Assembly (NCBI GenBank): GCA_964270895.1
Contig: OZ185437.1
Strand: one strand, 5' to 3'
Source of the DNA: Podarcis filfolensis
Taxonomy: Eukaryota
Length of the DNA stretch: 64,000 nucleotides
Part shown: one piece after another, positions 1 through 11,720 of the stretch
How positions within the stretch are numbered: position 1 is the first letter of the stretch
Layout: the number at the start of each line of letters is the position of its first letter
The notes under the pieces: model-generated
Databases searched by the model: none
What the model was told of the DNA's origin: nothing
What the model saw: the letters and a program-made list of their open reading frames with translations, nothing else
Position numbers and translations under genes: made by a program

Positions 1-2359
1 AGGCATATCTACCTTTCTCAGCCAGCAGTGGAAGTCTTGGCACCTGCACAGATGAGAATCACATGCAAGGTAGTTTATTACTATTTGGTATCATAGGCAG
101 GCTAACCCCTGGCATCAAAGAGCAATGGAAGTCACTCATTATTCTAGGTGACACACATGGATGAATAATATCAACCCCAAGTCAAAGAAGTGGGCATTTG
201 TCTTAGATAAGGAACCCTCCAAATTCGTTTTGCTAACTAACTGTATGGCATGTACAGTATTTCCTGGAACTCAAAACGTGGGGTCTGCAGCACGTGAGCC
301 TATGGAAAAGAAACCTGTACATTTTAAACTGATTTGGCAAGAACAGTTTTGAACACTCTTTGCATTGCTGATTTGCTTTTGGGAAGTAACACTATATAAT
401 ACGGAGTGTCCTAAAAGGTATAAAAAGATAAAATAGTTAGGTATAAACAAAGGGGTAACACAGCAGCCTTACAATCTAATTAGCTGTTCCTTCTAAACAT
501 GTAGTTGTGTAAATAATTGGATTTTTAGACACTATAAATCTCCATTACTCTGTTTGCTGAAGAAAACCAGAACTGGAAAAGGCTAAGAAATTTTTTCTTC
601 CTTACAGTTTTGTGATATGAGGGAAAGCAGGAGCAAATGCACAGAACATCTTTGATTTTGTGTTTTGCTTTTAATTCTGTTTATTTACAAGGGAAAGAAC
701 ATATGCTCAGATACATGAACAAACATGGGATGGGAGGAATATAAGTAATATTGCAGCTTTACTTCAGAGTTTTCATGAATGTGCACTTTTAATCCAACAG
801 ATGTAGAAAGTGGGGTGAAATATGAACTGAGGGAGGGACATTGTTGATGAGCGCCACAAGGTTGCTGCATACAAAAAGGAATGTTTATTGTGTTTCTTTT
901 GCAATGGTGGTATTTACAGGAGAAGTGACAAATCGGGAAGTGTCTGAATCAAAATTGTGACTCCTGATCTGTTGCTGGATGAAGATATTGACAAGTACTT
1001 CCTGACTTTGAGATCCTTGAGCAGCTTGCTTGCTCACTGGTAGCTGGTAGGGCTGAATAGCCACTCAGAATGAAAGGAGGCCCACAAAATGAATAGGCTC
1101 ATTCTAAAGCCAGTGTAGCCAGATGCCCTTTTGGACCCTCAAATCTGAAATGCATGGAATGTGCTTAAATGTCTTTATGTACAAATGCAACTGGGACAAC
1201 TTCTTGCGGTCCTACAATTCCCTACTGGAATGCTCCTTCACCAGAAATATATTGATGTGATTTTTAATTCTGCAGCCTGAGGGGAAGAGGGAAATCATAG
1301 CTCTTTTTATGTTTCTGGGTGAGTAGTTTCAAGAGAATTTTTTAAATTATCAGTAGCTTTAAACGCCACATGACTGGTTCTTGCAATGGAATGTCTGATT
1401 CGGCAAAGAAAGTTTGCTTGCCCATTTCAGAAATCTGTTCTCGATTTGCATTGCTTCATTCAAGTTTAACATAGCTGTTACGTTTAATGCCGCTCGTGGC
1501 AATTTAATACTCTACTATATGAACCATTGGAACATGCTAAAGCAGAAAAATATGCTCAGGCTTAACCATATAAATAAGTTAAATTCTTTATAAAAAATAT
1601 AAAGAATGCAGCAGAAAGCAGAATATGAACACCCTTACAATTTATAAACACACAGATCTGTAAGGCCATGAGTGGAATGCAGGGGGTGGGGAGAAATCAA
1701 ATGAGGAAGAGCTAAGAGAAGCAAGCTATTTTGGCTAAAAAAAGACAATAAATAAAACAAGCTACAGGATATCTATTAGCTGAAAATTGAGATTGGCTAC
1801 TGGTTTAAACTGAGAAGCCAGATCAAAAATTTGACTATTAGAACAACATAATTTTTGGAGTTCTTCCCCCTGAAACACACTGGCAGTTAAGAACTGGAAT
1901 GTGATGGAGAATCTGAGGAATATATTTCGGATGCTTTGTTTGATTTTGTTGAACTAACAGTAGCCAATTGGAGCAGGAAGGAGTCTCTTCCCATATAAAC
2001 TTTCGTCATTCTCTGGAACATCAGTGAGGATCTATGATAGCTGCATGTTCAACTAGAGAGAGTGCTCAAAGAACTGGGGCTATTACTAATATTGTATAGT
2101 ATTATTGCTGGCATCTGTCTCGAGAGACAATGGAGTGTGCCTCTGGGGGTGAAGCCAAACTCTGTGTTAGCAGCACTGAAGTGACCTCCCGGGAACACAG
2201 GCCTAGGCAATGTATATGGAGGTCCTGGGCTGGCCAGAAGCAAAGATTCTCTGCAAGAATATCAAGGGTGACTTTGTCAAAAGCCTTACTTTCAAAAGCC
2301 TTTTTTCAGAACAAAGGAGCCAGACTGCCAATGGGGATTATCAAGCTGCAAACACAGTA

Positions 2360-2585
2360 CAGTGGTACCTCAGGTTACATACGCTTCAGGTTACATACGC
2401 TTCAGGTTACAGACTCCGCTAACCCAGAAACTTTGCTTCAGGATGAGAACAGAAATCAGGCTCCGGTGGCATGGCAGCAGCAGCAGGAGGCCCCATTAGC
2501 TAAAGTGGTGCTTCAGGTTAAGAACAGTTTCAGGTTAAGTACGGACCTCCGGAACGAATTAAGTACTTAACCTGAGGTACCACTG
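2360..2585. mobile_element. Tc1/mariner (Tigger/pogo-like) MITE, copy 1
   Basis: Terminal inverted repeats CAGTGGTACCTC...GAGGTACCACTG flanked by TA on both sides (2358-59, 2586-87); internal tandem CTTCAGGTTACATACG units; related copies at 8514, 55421 and 59144. Confidence 0.85.
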
Positions 2586-3389
2586 TACAAATGTCGCCTG
2601 AAGATTACCAAAGTTGGCAGCAAAGTGATGTCTTTCCTTCTCCCGACGCCTTCCAAGGTTACCAATACATACAAGATTTGTTTTCTATCTTTTAAATTTA
2701 GTATCTTTTAAAGTTTATCAACTAAGTTTGTTCTTTTAGTGGCTTTGTCTGGGATAATCATCTGGCTTTCCATTTACTGAAGCATTCACTTCCCTTTGTC
2801 CAAGCAAGCTAACAGCACTTGGATACTGAAATCAAAAATTAAAGCTAAATGATTAATTGGCCGCTTGTTCATTGCAGCCAGGTTGACATTGCCCAAACAC
2901 TGGAGAGACTTATAATGTGTGCCATTGGACTACAGGTGTGATATTTAGCCCTCATGGAAATAGTGACTCAAAATGATATTTCTTCATGCTATTTTTTAAA
3001 AAAATTGTTTTGTCTTTGCACTCACTTATTTTTTATGTTAGCAATAAGGGTCACAGTAAAAATCCACCATCCTATTATGCTAAAATGAATGGCACTGTAT
3101 TTTTATTTACACACACATACAGAACTTTACTGTGGTCCATAAACCCAAAATACACAGTACATTTTTTTTTTACATTGACACTGTTGTTTAATTGTATTTT
3201 TCTATTATTCCCTTGTATTCATGGATGCATATTTGTACTTACTTTCACACTGATTGGAAGCCACTTTTTGTCCTTCCCAAAAGAGGCTCCTGGGAGGCTG
3301 GAGGGACATTGCTGGAACAACTCTTGGGTTGGGGGAACTGGCTAAAATGTTTTAAAATGTTTTAAACAGTTCTAATTTTGGTTCCTTTG

Positions 3390-3647
3390 TTTTGTTTTTG
3401 TCAGGCTGATGTTGGTTAAATGTTTAGTTGGGGTTGGTGGTTATAACTGCAAACTATTTATTGTTGTTGTTGCTATTATTGGTTTCTATTGATTTACTGG
3501 TTTGTTTGTTGCTTGTATGGGATATTTTGATTATTAATGTTTGATGCTTTGTTGTGTTTTTATATATGTTGTAAGCCGCCCAGAGTGGCTGGGGAAACCC
3601 AGCAAGATGGGCGGGATATAAAATTTTAAAATATTATTTATTATTAC
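3390..3647 (+). mobile_element. L2-type LINE 3' end (or SINE with L2-derived tail)
   Basis: GTAAGCCGCCCAGAGTGGCTGGGGAAACCCAGCAAGATGGGCGGGATATAAA followed by an ATT-rich tail; same motif at 28.9, 40.9 and 48.6 kb. Confidence 0.7.
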
Positions 3648-5538
3648 TGAAATCTAGATACACTATGTCCACAGCAGTCTTCACAATGCTTTGCCTTTGA
3701 ACTTCACAAGGACCATTTGACAGGCCACTCCTGAAGAAAAGAGGACTGAATAAAATGCCTCTTTGGTTTGGTTTGACAAAGCAATTCAGTTTGCCTGAAA
3801 AGAAACCTCAGTCTATTAGGAAATAGAGTATCAGCTGATGAGATTGCCTTTTACACATGGTTTGTGGATTGCAATTTGAAGCAAAGCGTTTTCCCATTGT
3901 GTCCCTATGATTGTCAGCAATTTGAGAATTCACAGAAACCTCTCCATCTAAAGCAGTTATGAAAACACACATCCTGGCAACCTTCACAATGGCTATACAG
4001 GTAAATAGCAGAGAGCCCTGCAGCTCTCTGGAGAAATTTCTGTATGGACATAAACAATATTATTTGTTCAGATAATTGAGGGATGTTTGAATGAAAGAGT
4101 GCTGCTTTTAGTGTCAAACAACTTTCTCCTTTGGAAAATGGGCTTTACAGTCCAGTGTATTTCAAAAGCCCATTTGACCAAAGGTAAGCGTGGAACAAAA
4201 AAGACTGACATTTTTACCCCATGACACTTCGTTTTTATAAAGTGTGCGTCTGTATGTGTACATAAAGTACTGTATATGTATAAAAGTAGGTAGATAGATA
4301 TCTGCAAGTATACTCATGATCTTAACAAACTACTGAAGTAGAAGTCTGTACTAGAGAGGCTTGTTACTCCTCAAGTTCAAAGTAGTTTGCTTTATGATGC
4401 AGATGTTCTCAAAAGTTCATCCATATTCGCAAAGTGAAGCCAAACCCACACAGAGTGTCTCTCAGCAAGTTAACTGAAGTCTGCTGCTCAACAGCCAGTT
4501 TATATTTCTGTTTGTGTTTTAAGAAAACATCTTAAAATAACACAAAATTAGTTTTGAGCATTCCACTTATTCTGGGGACACTCAGGGTGACAGAACTGCC
4601 AGCCAGCTCCAGGATGAGGCTAGACCCACAATGTGTTTCTCTGAATGTTAAGTATGCTGTGTTCTGTGGGCCCACAAAAGCCAAAAGACACATGCTGTTC
4701 CTCTTCAAAGGCAAAGCAGGAAGGATCCCACTGTATTGTTCAAGGGCCCTGGGAACCATCTTCTCTGTTCGAGCAGGAAGACTTTATGAAATAAATGCAT
4801 CTGGAATGATGATTCCACTTTGTCATTTTTCCAGTCTAAAAGAGTTTCTGGAGCGTACAGAAGAGGATACGGGGTAAACAGCTTTTAAGATTCCTATACT
4901 ACAAGGACTGCAAAAGTAACTTGAACAGAAAAACCAAAAGGAATTTGAATCAGGACAAACAGCAAGATCCAAATTTATAGGCATAACTTGTTTCTAATTT
5001 AATAGGAAAAGTGGTAAAACTAAGACTGAAACATTTTATTTTCTAAAAATAAGACATGCTAGAGTTTCTTAAATATGCAAATATGCAAATACATTAATTT
5101 CCTTTCCTATAATTCCACTGATCCGTTTAAAGTATGTGGGTTCATACACAGTGGGTTCATACATGCATACAGAAGCTTATTGAAGGATAAATCCCAGGCA
5201 TGCGAAGAAATGGTGGTACAGAGCTATTTTTTTCTTCAATTGTAGTGAATAGAGAAATCTGTGAGTAGTTGAGCATCAGTGTGTTGTAGTGCATGTGTTG
5301 CTCTAGATTGTCCTGATCATCAAATTCTACCATTTGCACAGTAATTTATTTTTTCCTCTTATGTCAGTGCACAGGTACCTCTAAAAAGAATGCATGGGAA
5401 GAGACAATCCAGACATAGTCTGAGCGATCTGTGGAGTTTGGAACAGATAGCGACTCAAAGTTCTACCTTATTTTCAGTTTTTAGCAACCTCAAGGAATGT
5501 CTGTTATGGAACAGAGATTGGTGATATTTTAGGAGGTA

Positions 5539-5900
5539 AAGGTAAAGGTAAAGGTACCCCTGCCCGTACGGGCCAGTCTTGCCAGACTCTAGGGTTGTGC
5601 GCTCATCTCACTCTATAGGCCGGGAGCCAGCACTGTCCGCAGACACTTCCGGGTCACGTGGCCAGCGTGACAAGCTGCATCTGGCGAGCCAGCACAGCAC
5701 ACGGAACGCCGTTTACCTTCCCGCTGGTAAGCGGTCCCTATTTATCTACTTGCACCCGGGGGTGCTTTCGAACTGCTAGGTTGGCAGGCGCTGGGACCGA
5801 GCAGCAGGAGCGCACCCCACCGCGGGGATTCGAACCGCCGACCATGCGATCGGCAAATCCTAGGTGCTGAGGTTTTACCCACAGCGCCACCCGGGTCCCT
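5539..5900 (-). mobile_element. Sauria SINE, full length
   Basis: Reverse complement of the copy at 10405; tRNA-like head with B-box (GGTTCGAATCC on the minus strand); (ACCTTT)n tail; 14-bp TSD TATTTTAGGAGGTA at 5525-5538 and 5901-5914. Confidence 0.93.
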
Positions 5901-8307
5901 TATTTTAGGAGGTACATGGATTAAATGAAATTAAATTTTAGGAGGTACATGGATTAAATGAAACAGTATTTGCATATTAAAATAAAAGTAATCAGTGCCA
6001 CCCTTACTTAATTAGAGTAACATAAGGAAGAATCTTAAAGGAGGATGTTCATTTGTTTTTTTAAAAAAACCCTCAACATATTTAAGCTTTACAGATTTTA
6101 AGGTTTTCATTATCTCTTGAGGTATTGAAATTGTCTTTTGTCTCAGATTATCAATATTCCCACTGTGTCATAAATTCACTAACTCTACGCCAAAATATAG
6201 CAGATTTGAACAACTATGTTTTAAGAATAGATGGCTACAACAACCATAAAAGGGGCAATTTGGGGATTGGCTGGTTTTTACTCTAATGGGGTAGCAAAAG
6301 TATTCACTCTGCCATTTGTTACAATAAAAGTTCTAGCAATCAGGGGCAGGGGAAAAAACAATAATTTTATAGGCCTCATGCTTAATGATGCAGAGCATAA
6401 AATGAACCTGTGGGGCTTGACACTGCTCCTGTCATTTGACAGATTCCACTTGGATATGGGCAAAAGAAAGCCTAGCAAAACACTCATTCCTAACTGGTAT
6501 GGGCAGTTGCTTAATTTCCTGTCTGTCATACACAGGAAGAAAATTTATGTATTCTGTCTGGCCTGTCTTTCCCTCTTGGGAATCGCAAGTTAAATGTGAA
6601 TAAATGTTGCTACCTGGCAGAGGTATGCTTACTCAGTTCTGGTGTATGTTGATCAGCTTCCTGCTCTATTTGGCTCAGGACCTTGCCGGCATGGCTATGA
6701 TCTTGTCATTGAGATGGGCTACTTCTAGGAATTTCTGTCTTTCTGTACCTGCTGTCTTCATAAATTACCCTCCAATGCCTCATTCCAGCCAGAAGCAGCC
6801 TGTCCTGTTTTGCTGCCTGAAGCAAAATGGGAAGGTGCTGCCCTGTGTGCATCCCCCCCCACCTCTTGCTACCCAACATTGAGACTGGTGTGGCAACTTG
6901 TAGAGCAGTGTCTCTTGCTTTTCTTGGCTTATGACAGCTGCACTGTGTTTGGCCCTGCAAATGGCTGGCCTGCCCTCCAGCCTCAGAGATCGCCATGACT
7001 AGACTGGCTGCTCTGGCAGATAGCTAGCTGCTAACTGATTGGAACCAACACTGAGCTTGCTTCCTCCTGCAATAAGTTTGAGATGTGCTGTGAGATAACT
7101 TGGCTCTTGAGGTTGGCTACCACAGACACAATCTCCCAGAATGACTCAGCCTGACTGCACCATCCCTATCACCCCTATGTGACACAGTAAGAGCAATCTG
7201 GCACAGAACATCCTGGCTGGATCAAATGTCTCTGAGGCTAGCCAAGTGGGGCTGAAGCAAGATGTGCCTTTGTGCTCATAGATCCCATGTTAGTGGCCTG
7301 AGTTTAACAGGCAGGAATTATTTGTAGCACATCTTCCTTTTGTCTCTGCCTCCAGCTCCTTGCCCAGTGCCATGGATGCCTGCTGCACTGGGAGAGCTTT
7401 CCCTTGTCCTAGCCATCAGTCTCACCGGACATTATGACCCTACATTAACATGAAGAGTTATCTCCATCTCCACCACCTAGATGATGACTGAGTGCCTGGT
7501 TGATCAAGGCTATGTCGCATGTAACCCAGCAACTGCTGAGAAATTGCTGGTGGTTGTCGGAGCAGTTGTGTGAGGCCTCTTTTCTGTGCAGGTATTGGGC
7601 ACTGATTCCCAGCCCTGCAGGAATTAGAACTGGCCTCAACTCCTTTGCCCTCTGTCTGAGCCCACCATAAAGGATGCTGCTGCTGTCCCACACATAGGAA
7701 GGAGAGAAAAGCTACCTGTGCATATCTGTGAGAGACCAGAGGTCTCCCACTTAGGACAAAAACCTGGTGGTGGTAGCGCTGCTACTGTGTGCTAATATTC
7801 CGAGCTAAATATATACAGCTAAACTCTGGCAGTACTAAAGGCCATATAGTAGCAAAAGACCACAAACTGCTGTCAAAGAACATATTTGGGAAGTACTGTG
7901 ATGGAAAATATCTATCCTTTGCCACAAAGAGAAAAATTAGACCAAACATAGTTCTCTGGAGTAGTTCCTCCTGAATTAAGTCACTGTTTTATTCGTAAGA
8001 TGTCTGAGAGATACCAGCTGGAATAGCAATTTAATCCATGTTATCCAGTTCTGTATTGTATTTTAATTAATGCTATCCAGTAGTCCATTCTAGTGAAACT
8101 AGATTGCAGTAGCTAGAATCTATTGACTAGTTAAGGAAAATTGCTTTATGCATAACTATCTTCCACTTCCTTTGGTTTTTAAAAGAAAGAAAGAAAAAAT
8201 GAACAAAAGAAAGAGAAAGAATAAGCAATTCACCATCAAGCTTTTTCCATATTTTCTGAGAAGTCACATTGGGAAGAAGTTTGATAGTGAGGGAAAATTG
8301 CAGAGTC

Positions 8308-8310
<3 letters not shown>

Positions 8311-8340
<30 letters not shown>
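8311..8340. repeat. (AG)15 microsatellite in a purine-rich tract
   Basis: Direct reading; it explains the ERER/SLSL ORFs at 8.1-8.5 kb. Confidence 0.95.
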
Positions 8341-8344
<4 letters not shown>

Positions 8345-8513
8345 GCAGGAGGAGGGGGAGGCAGAAACCGAAGACATAAACCAGGACCCTGCCCTGAGAC
8401 ACAAAAAAAAGGTGAAGAGGGCAAGAGGTTCTAGGGGGAAAAAATCTTTAAATTTAAAAAGGATTCCCCTCTCTGAGGAGGCTGGTCTGAGTACACAATG
8501 AATCAATACTGTA

Positions 8514-8739
8514 CAGTGGTACCTCGGGTTAAGAACTTAATTCGTTCTGGAGGTATGTTCTTAACCTGAAACTGTTCTTAACCTGAAGCACCACTTTAGC
8601 TAATGGGGCATCCCGCTGCCGCCGCACTGCCACCGCACGATTTCTGTTCTCATCCTGAAGCAAAGTTCTTAACCCGAGGTAATATTTCTGGGTTAGTGGA
8701 GTCTGTAACCTGAAGCGTCTGTAACCCGAGGTACCACTG
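8514..8739. mobile_element. Tc1/mariner MITE, copy 2 (opposite orientation to copy 1)
   Basis: CAGTGGTACCTC...GAGGTACCACTG TIRs with TA on both flanks; body is the reverse complement of the 2360 copy. Confidence 0.85.
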
Positions 8740-8754
8740 TATGTGTTGTCTCAG

Positions 8755-8865
8755 AGCAAGGATGGGGAAGCTGTGATCAGATGTGACTATATTGGTCATG
8801 CTGAGGCTGATGGGAGTTGAAGTCCAACAACACCTGGATGGCTGCGGATTCCCCATTCTGCTCCG
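8755..8865. mobile_element. Degraded URR1-like hAT hairpin MITE
   Basis: GATGGGAGTTGAAGTCCAACAACACCTGGA resembles the right arm of the copies at 21.4 and 46.8 kb. Confidence 0.45.
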
Positions 8866-8899
8866 CCTTAGAGCATCTATTAACTGATGCTTTAATGTA

Positions 8900-9016
8900 G
8901 ATGTTGTCACACCACACCACACATTAAAGGCACATGGCTTTCCTCAAAGAATCCTGAGAACAGTAGCTTAAGGGTGCTGGGAACTGTAGCTCTGTGAGGG
9001 GTAAACTACAGTTCCT
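8900..9016. repeat. Fragment of a palindromic dispersed repeat family (GGGGTAAACTACAGTTCC motif)
   Basis: CTCTGTGAGGGGTAAACTACAG is shared with ~17930-18030, ~34010-34200 and, more loosely, ~12165-12325. Confidence 0.6.
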
Positions 9017-9245
9017 CTCTACAATACCATCTCATTTTGTAATGTTATAATTGGGTCACTATGATGTCATGCCATGATGTCCATGAAGGCTTCCCAAGGT
9101 GCGCAAACTCTGAGCTTTCATTTTTTTAAAAAACAAAGTGTGCAGGTACTGTCTAAGAAAGCTATTTCTGTGGAATGAGAATTGTGCATATTTTTCCTGG
9201 TACTGAATAATGCCCCCTGTTTGTTATGAGAAAGCAACAGCATCA

Positions 9246-9261
9246 GTGTGTGTGTGTGTGT

Positions 9262-9295
<34 letters not shown>
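9246..9295. repeat. Compound (TG)n(AG)n microsatellite
   Basis: Direct reading. Confidence 0.95.
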
Positions 9296-9298
<3 letters not shown>

Positions 9299-9439
9299 CA
9301 GCATGCTTGTATCATATGAGAGGTTTAAAAACATCCAATCACTTTCTACACTCCATATATAGTATGTAAGCCCCGCCTGCAACCCCATCACCTTTTTTTC
9401 TAAACTAAAAATTCCTAACACTTTAGCATATTATTATAC

Positions 9440-9740
9440 AGGAAGGGAATCCTGCTCTCTGGTCATTTTGCTTGCTCTTTCTGGCATCTTTTCTAGATAG
9501 ACGATATTCTTTTGGAGATGGGGCCACCAAAGCAGTTTGCTTAGAATGTAAGTATGGCTAGATCATAGACCTGTATAATGGCCATACTTATATTCTGGCA
9601 ATTTTATTAAGTTCCTTATAATTGCTAGCATAGAATGTACCTTCTGCACCTTTTTCATACTGAGTTCACTATTTAACTGAGGCGTCCATGTGATGGCAAG
9701 GTATTTTACATGGCTAGTCACTACCATTTCTGATTATGTT
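9440..9740 (-). mobile_element. Old CR1-like LINE RT fragment
   Basis: TTCTTTGGAGATGGGGCCACCAAAGCAG...GACCTGTATAATGGC resembles the antisense of CR1 RT 3' coding sequence as I recall it; heavily diverged. Confidence 0.45.
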
Positions 9741-10404
9741 GTAACTATTCTAAGGAAGAAAGAAGCATGGCACCATGTCCAGGACAAGGTTCAGCAACAC
9801 CTCACTCATCTAGGCCAATGCAGGGGGAGTTTGTACACATAGGCACACAAACACACATGCTTAACAAGAGCACAGGATGTAGTTTAGCCTATCATACCCT
9901 CTGTGCATGGTTGGCAATAGCTGCTTGCACAAGAAATTGCCTAAATACCTTTCAAAGGCTTAGTAAGCTCTTAATTTCCGAGCTGCTTTTCCATTATGAG
10001 GATTAAGTAGTGATAAAGTCTCTGCTATGTGGTTGCTGAAAATTCTATGTACATCTGGAATTCCAAGTGTCAATAAACCAAAGTCCACTGGAAACCCAAA
10101 TGAAAGTGACTGAAACTTCTGGTATTATGGCATTACAGCAGGGGACTCATAGGAGTAGTACACATTATATGTATGTGTATACGTATATACAATTTTTAAT
10201 TATGAATTTTGGGGGATCTTAGAGGCGTCACTAAAAAATATATCGGGGGCTACATGTGACCCACAGGCCATGGATCAACTATCTCTAGTTTAGACTCTAC
10301 AATGCAATCTCCAGAATCGGAACTTTTAAGTATTCAAACTGAGTTCCAGGGAGCTTGGTAAGAATTAAACACATTTAAGTATTATGAGTTGCTACAATAA
10401 TGAT

Positions 10405-10766
10405 AGGGACGCGGGTGGCGCTGTGGGTAAAACCTCAGCGCCTAGGACTTGCCGATCGTCAGGTCAGCGGTTCGACTCCCCGCGGCGGGGTGCGCTCCCG
10501 TTGCTCAGTCCCAGCGCCTGCCAACCTAGCAGTTCGAAAGCACCTTCGGGTGCAAGTAGATAAATAGGGACCGCTTACTAGCGGGAAGGTAAACGGCGTT
10601 TCCGTGTGCTGCGCTGGCTCGCCAGATGCAGCTTGTCACGCTGGCCACATGACCCGGAAGTGTCTTCGGACAGCGCTGGCCCCCTGCCTCTTAATCGAGA
10701 TGGGCGCGCAACCCCAGAGTCGGACACGACTGGCCCGTATGGGCAGGGGTACCTTTACCTTTACCT
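10405..10766 (+). mobile_element. Sauria SINE, full length
   Basis: GGGACGCGGGTGGCGCTGTGGG head, B-box-like GGTTCGACTCC, GAGTCGGACACGACT (shared with the Bov-B 3' end), (ACCTTT)n tail; 12-bp TSD TACAATAATGAT at 10393-10404 and 10767-10778. Confidence 0.93.
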
Positions 10767-11616
10767 TACAATAATGATGATGATGATAACTGCTTTAGCC
10801 TTAAGAGTTACTAATTTAAAACTGTGTATGCGTATGTGTTTCTAAAATGCTGGTATCCTGCCTTGAACCTTTTGGAAGAGGAGGGATATAAAGACTTTCT
10901 TTTTTAAAAAAAATACATGATGGGGGAAAATAATTAAGTTGCACTTGTGAATATTACATTAGTTCAAACATATGCTCTGTTGTCTACTCAGTGTAAGTAG
11001 AGCTGTCCTAAGGAAATGGAGCAAAGTGGAAGAGGGCTGCAGAAGGGAAAGGGGAAAGAAAATATTTCAAAAGCAAGGCTCAAGCCCTCTTTCCCAAGTT
11101 CCTGATGCTTGTGAGCTGTACCACCCATGAAGCTTATGCCCTGAGAAGAGGTGTGTCCTAGACTGTTTAGCTTGCAGGGTGCTTTCCCCAGGCACAGCAC
11201 ATTCCTTAGCTCAGCTCCCTCTTGCCTGTTTTGACTGAATGCCAGAGCTTTCTGATCTTATCTGCAGTTATCTGCTTTCCTCAAAACAAGGTTCAGAACC
11301 CTGCCATTATTTTACATGAAAGGGACTGCATTAATCTGATTGGCATCTTAGACAGAGTTTACTATTTATTTATTTATTTATTTATTTCACACTGAGCCAG
11401 GGCTCTGTTCCCCACCCCCCTTGGTTTTAGGATGCCCAAAGGAAGTTCAAATCTCTTTAGATTTCCCTTTGACCTAAAAAGAAAAGAAGTTATTCTTAGC
11501 AAGTAAACTCTGCCACTCTTGTCAGGGTTGTGAAGTACCCATAAGCAACAGATTAGAAACACTTTAGGGTTATCAAGACAAGATTCCCCTCCGTTCATTA
11601 GAGAACGCCAAACAAG

Positions 11617-11720
11617 GGGTGGTATTCAACTAAGTTTTACTCAGAGGAGACCCATCGAAATGAATGTGCATGGGTTAGATCTATTAATTCCATTGGGTTT
11701 ACTCTGAGTATCTGAAAGCC
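11617..11720. repeat. Short palindromic dispersed repeat (TTACTCAGAG...CTCTGAGTA hairpin family)
   Basis: Clear homology to 49741-49835; looser relatives at ~37700-37800, ~38160-38240 and ~45010-45160. Confidence 0.65.

Noticed and set aside
3833-3895. CTGATGA core suggestive of a hammerhead ribozyme (also at ~37963)
   Set aside because: No correctly placed GAAA with closing stems I and III could be built by eye.
4835-4877. Short exon-like segment (LKEFLERTEEDTG) between AG and GT
   Set aside because: Too short, no recognised homolog and no compatible neighbouring exons.
8127-9421. ORFs with ERER, SLSL or THTH runs
   Set aside because: Translations of (AG)n and (TG)n microsatellites.
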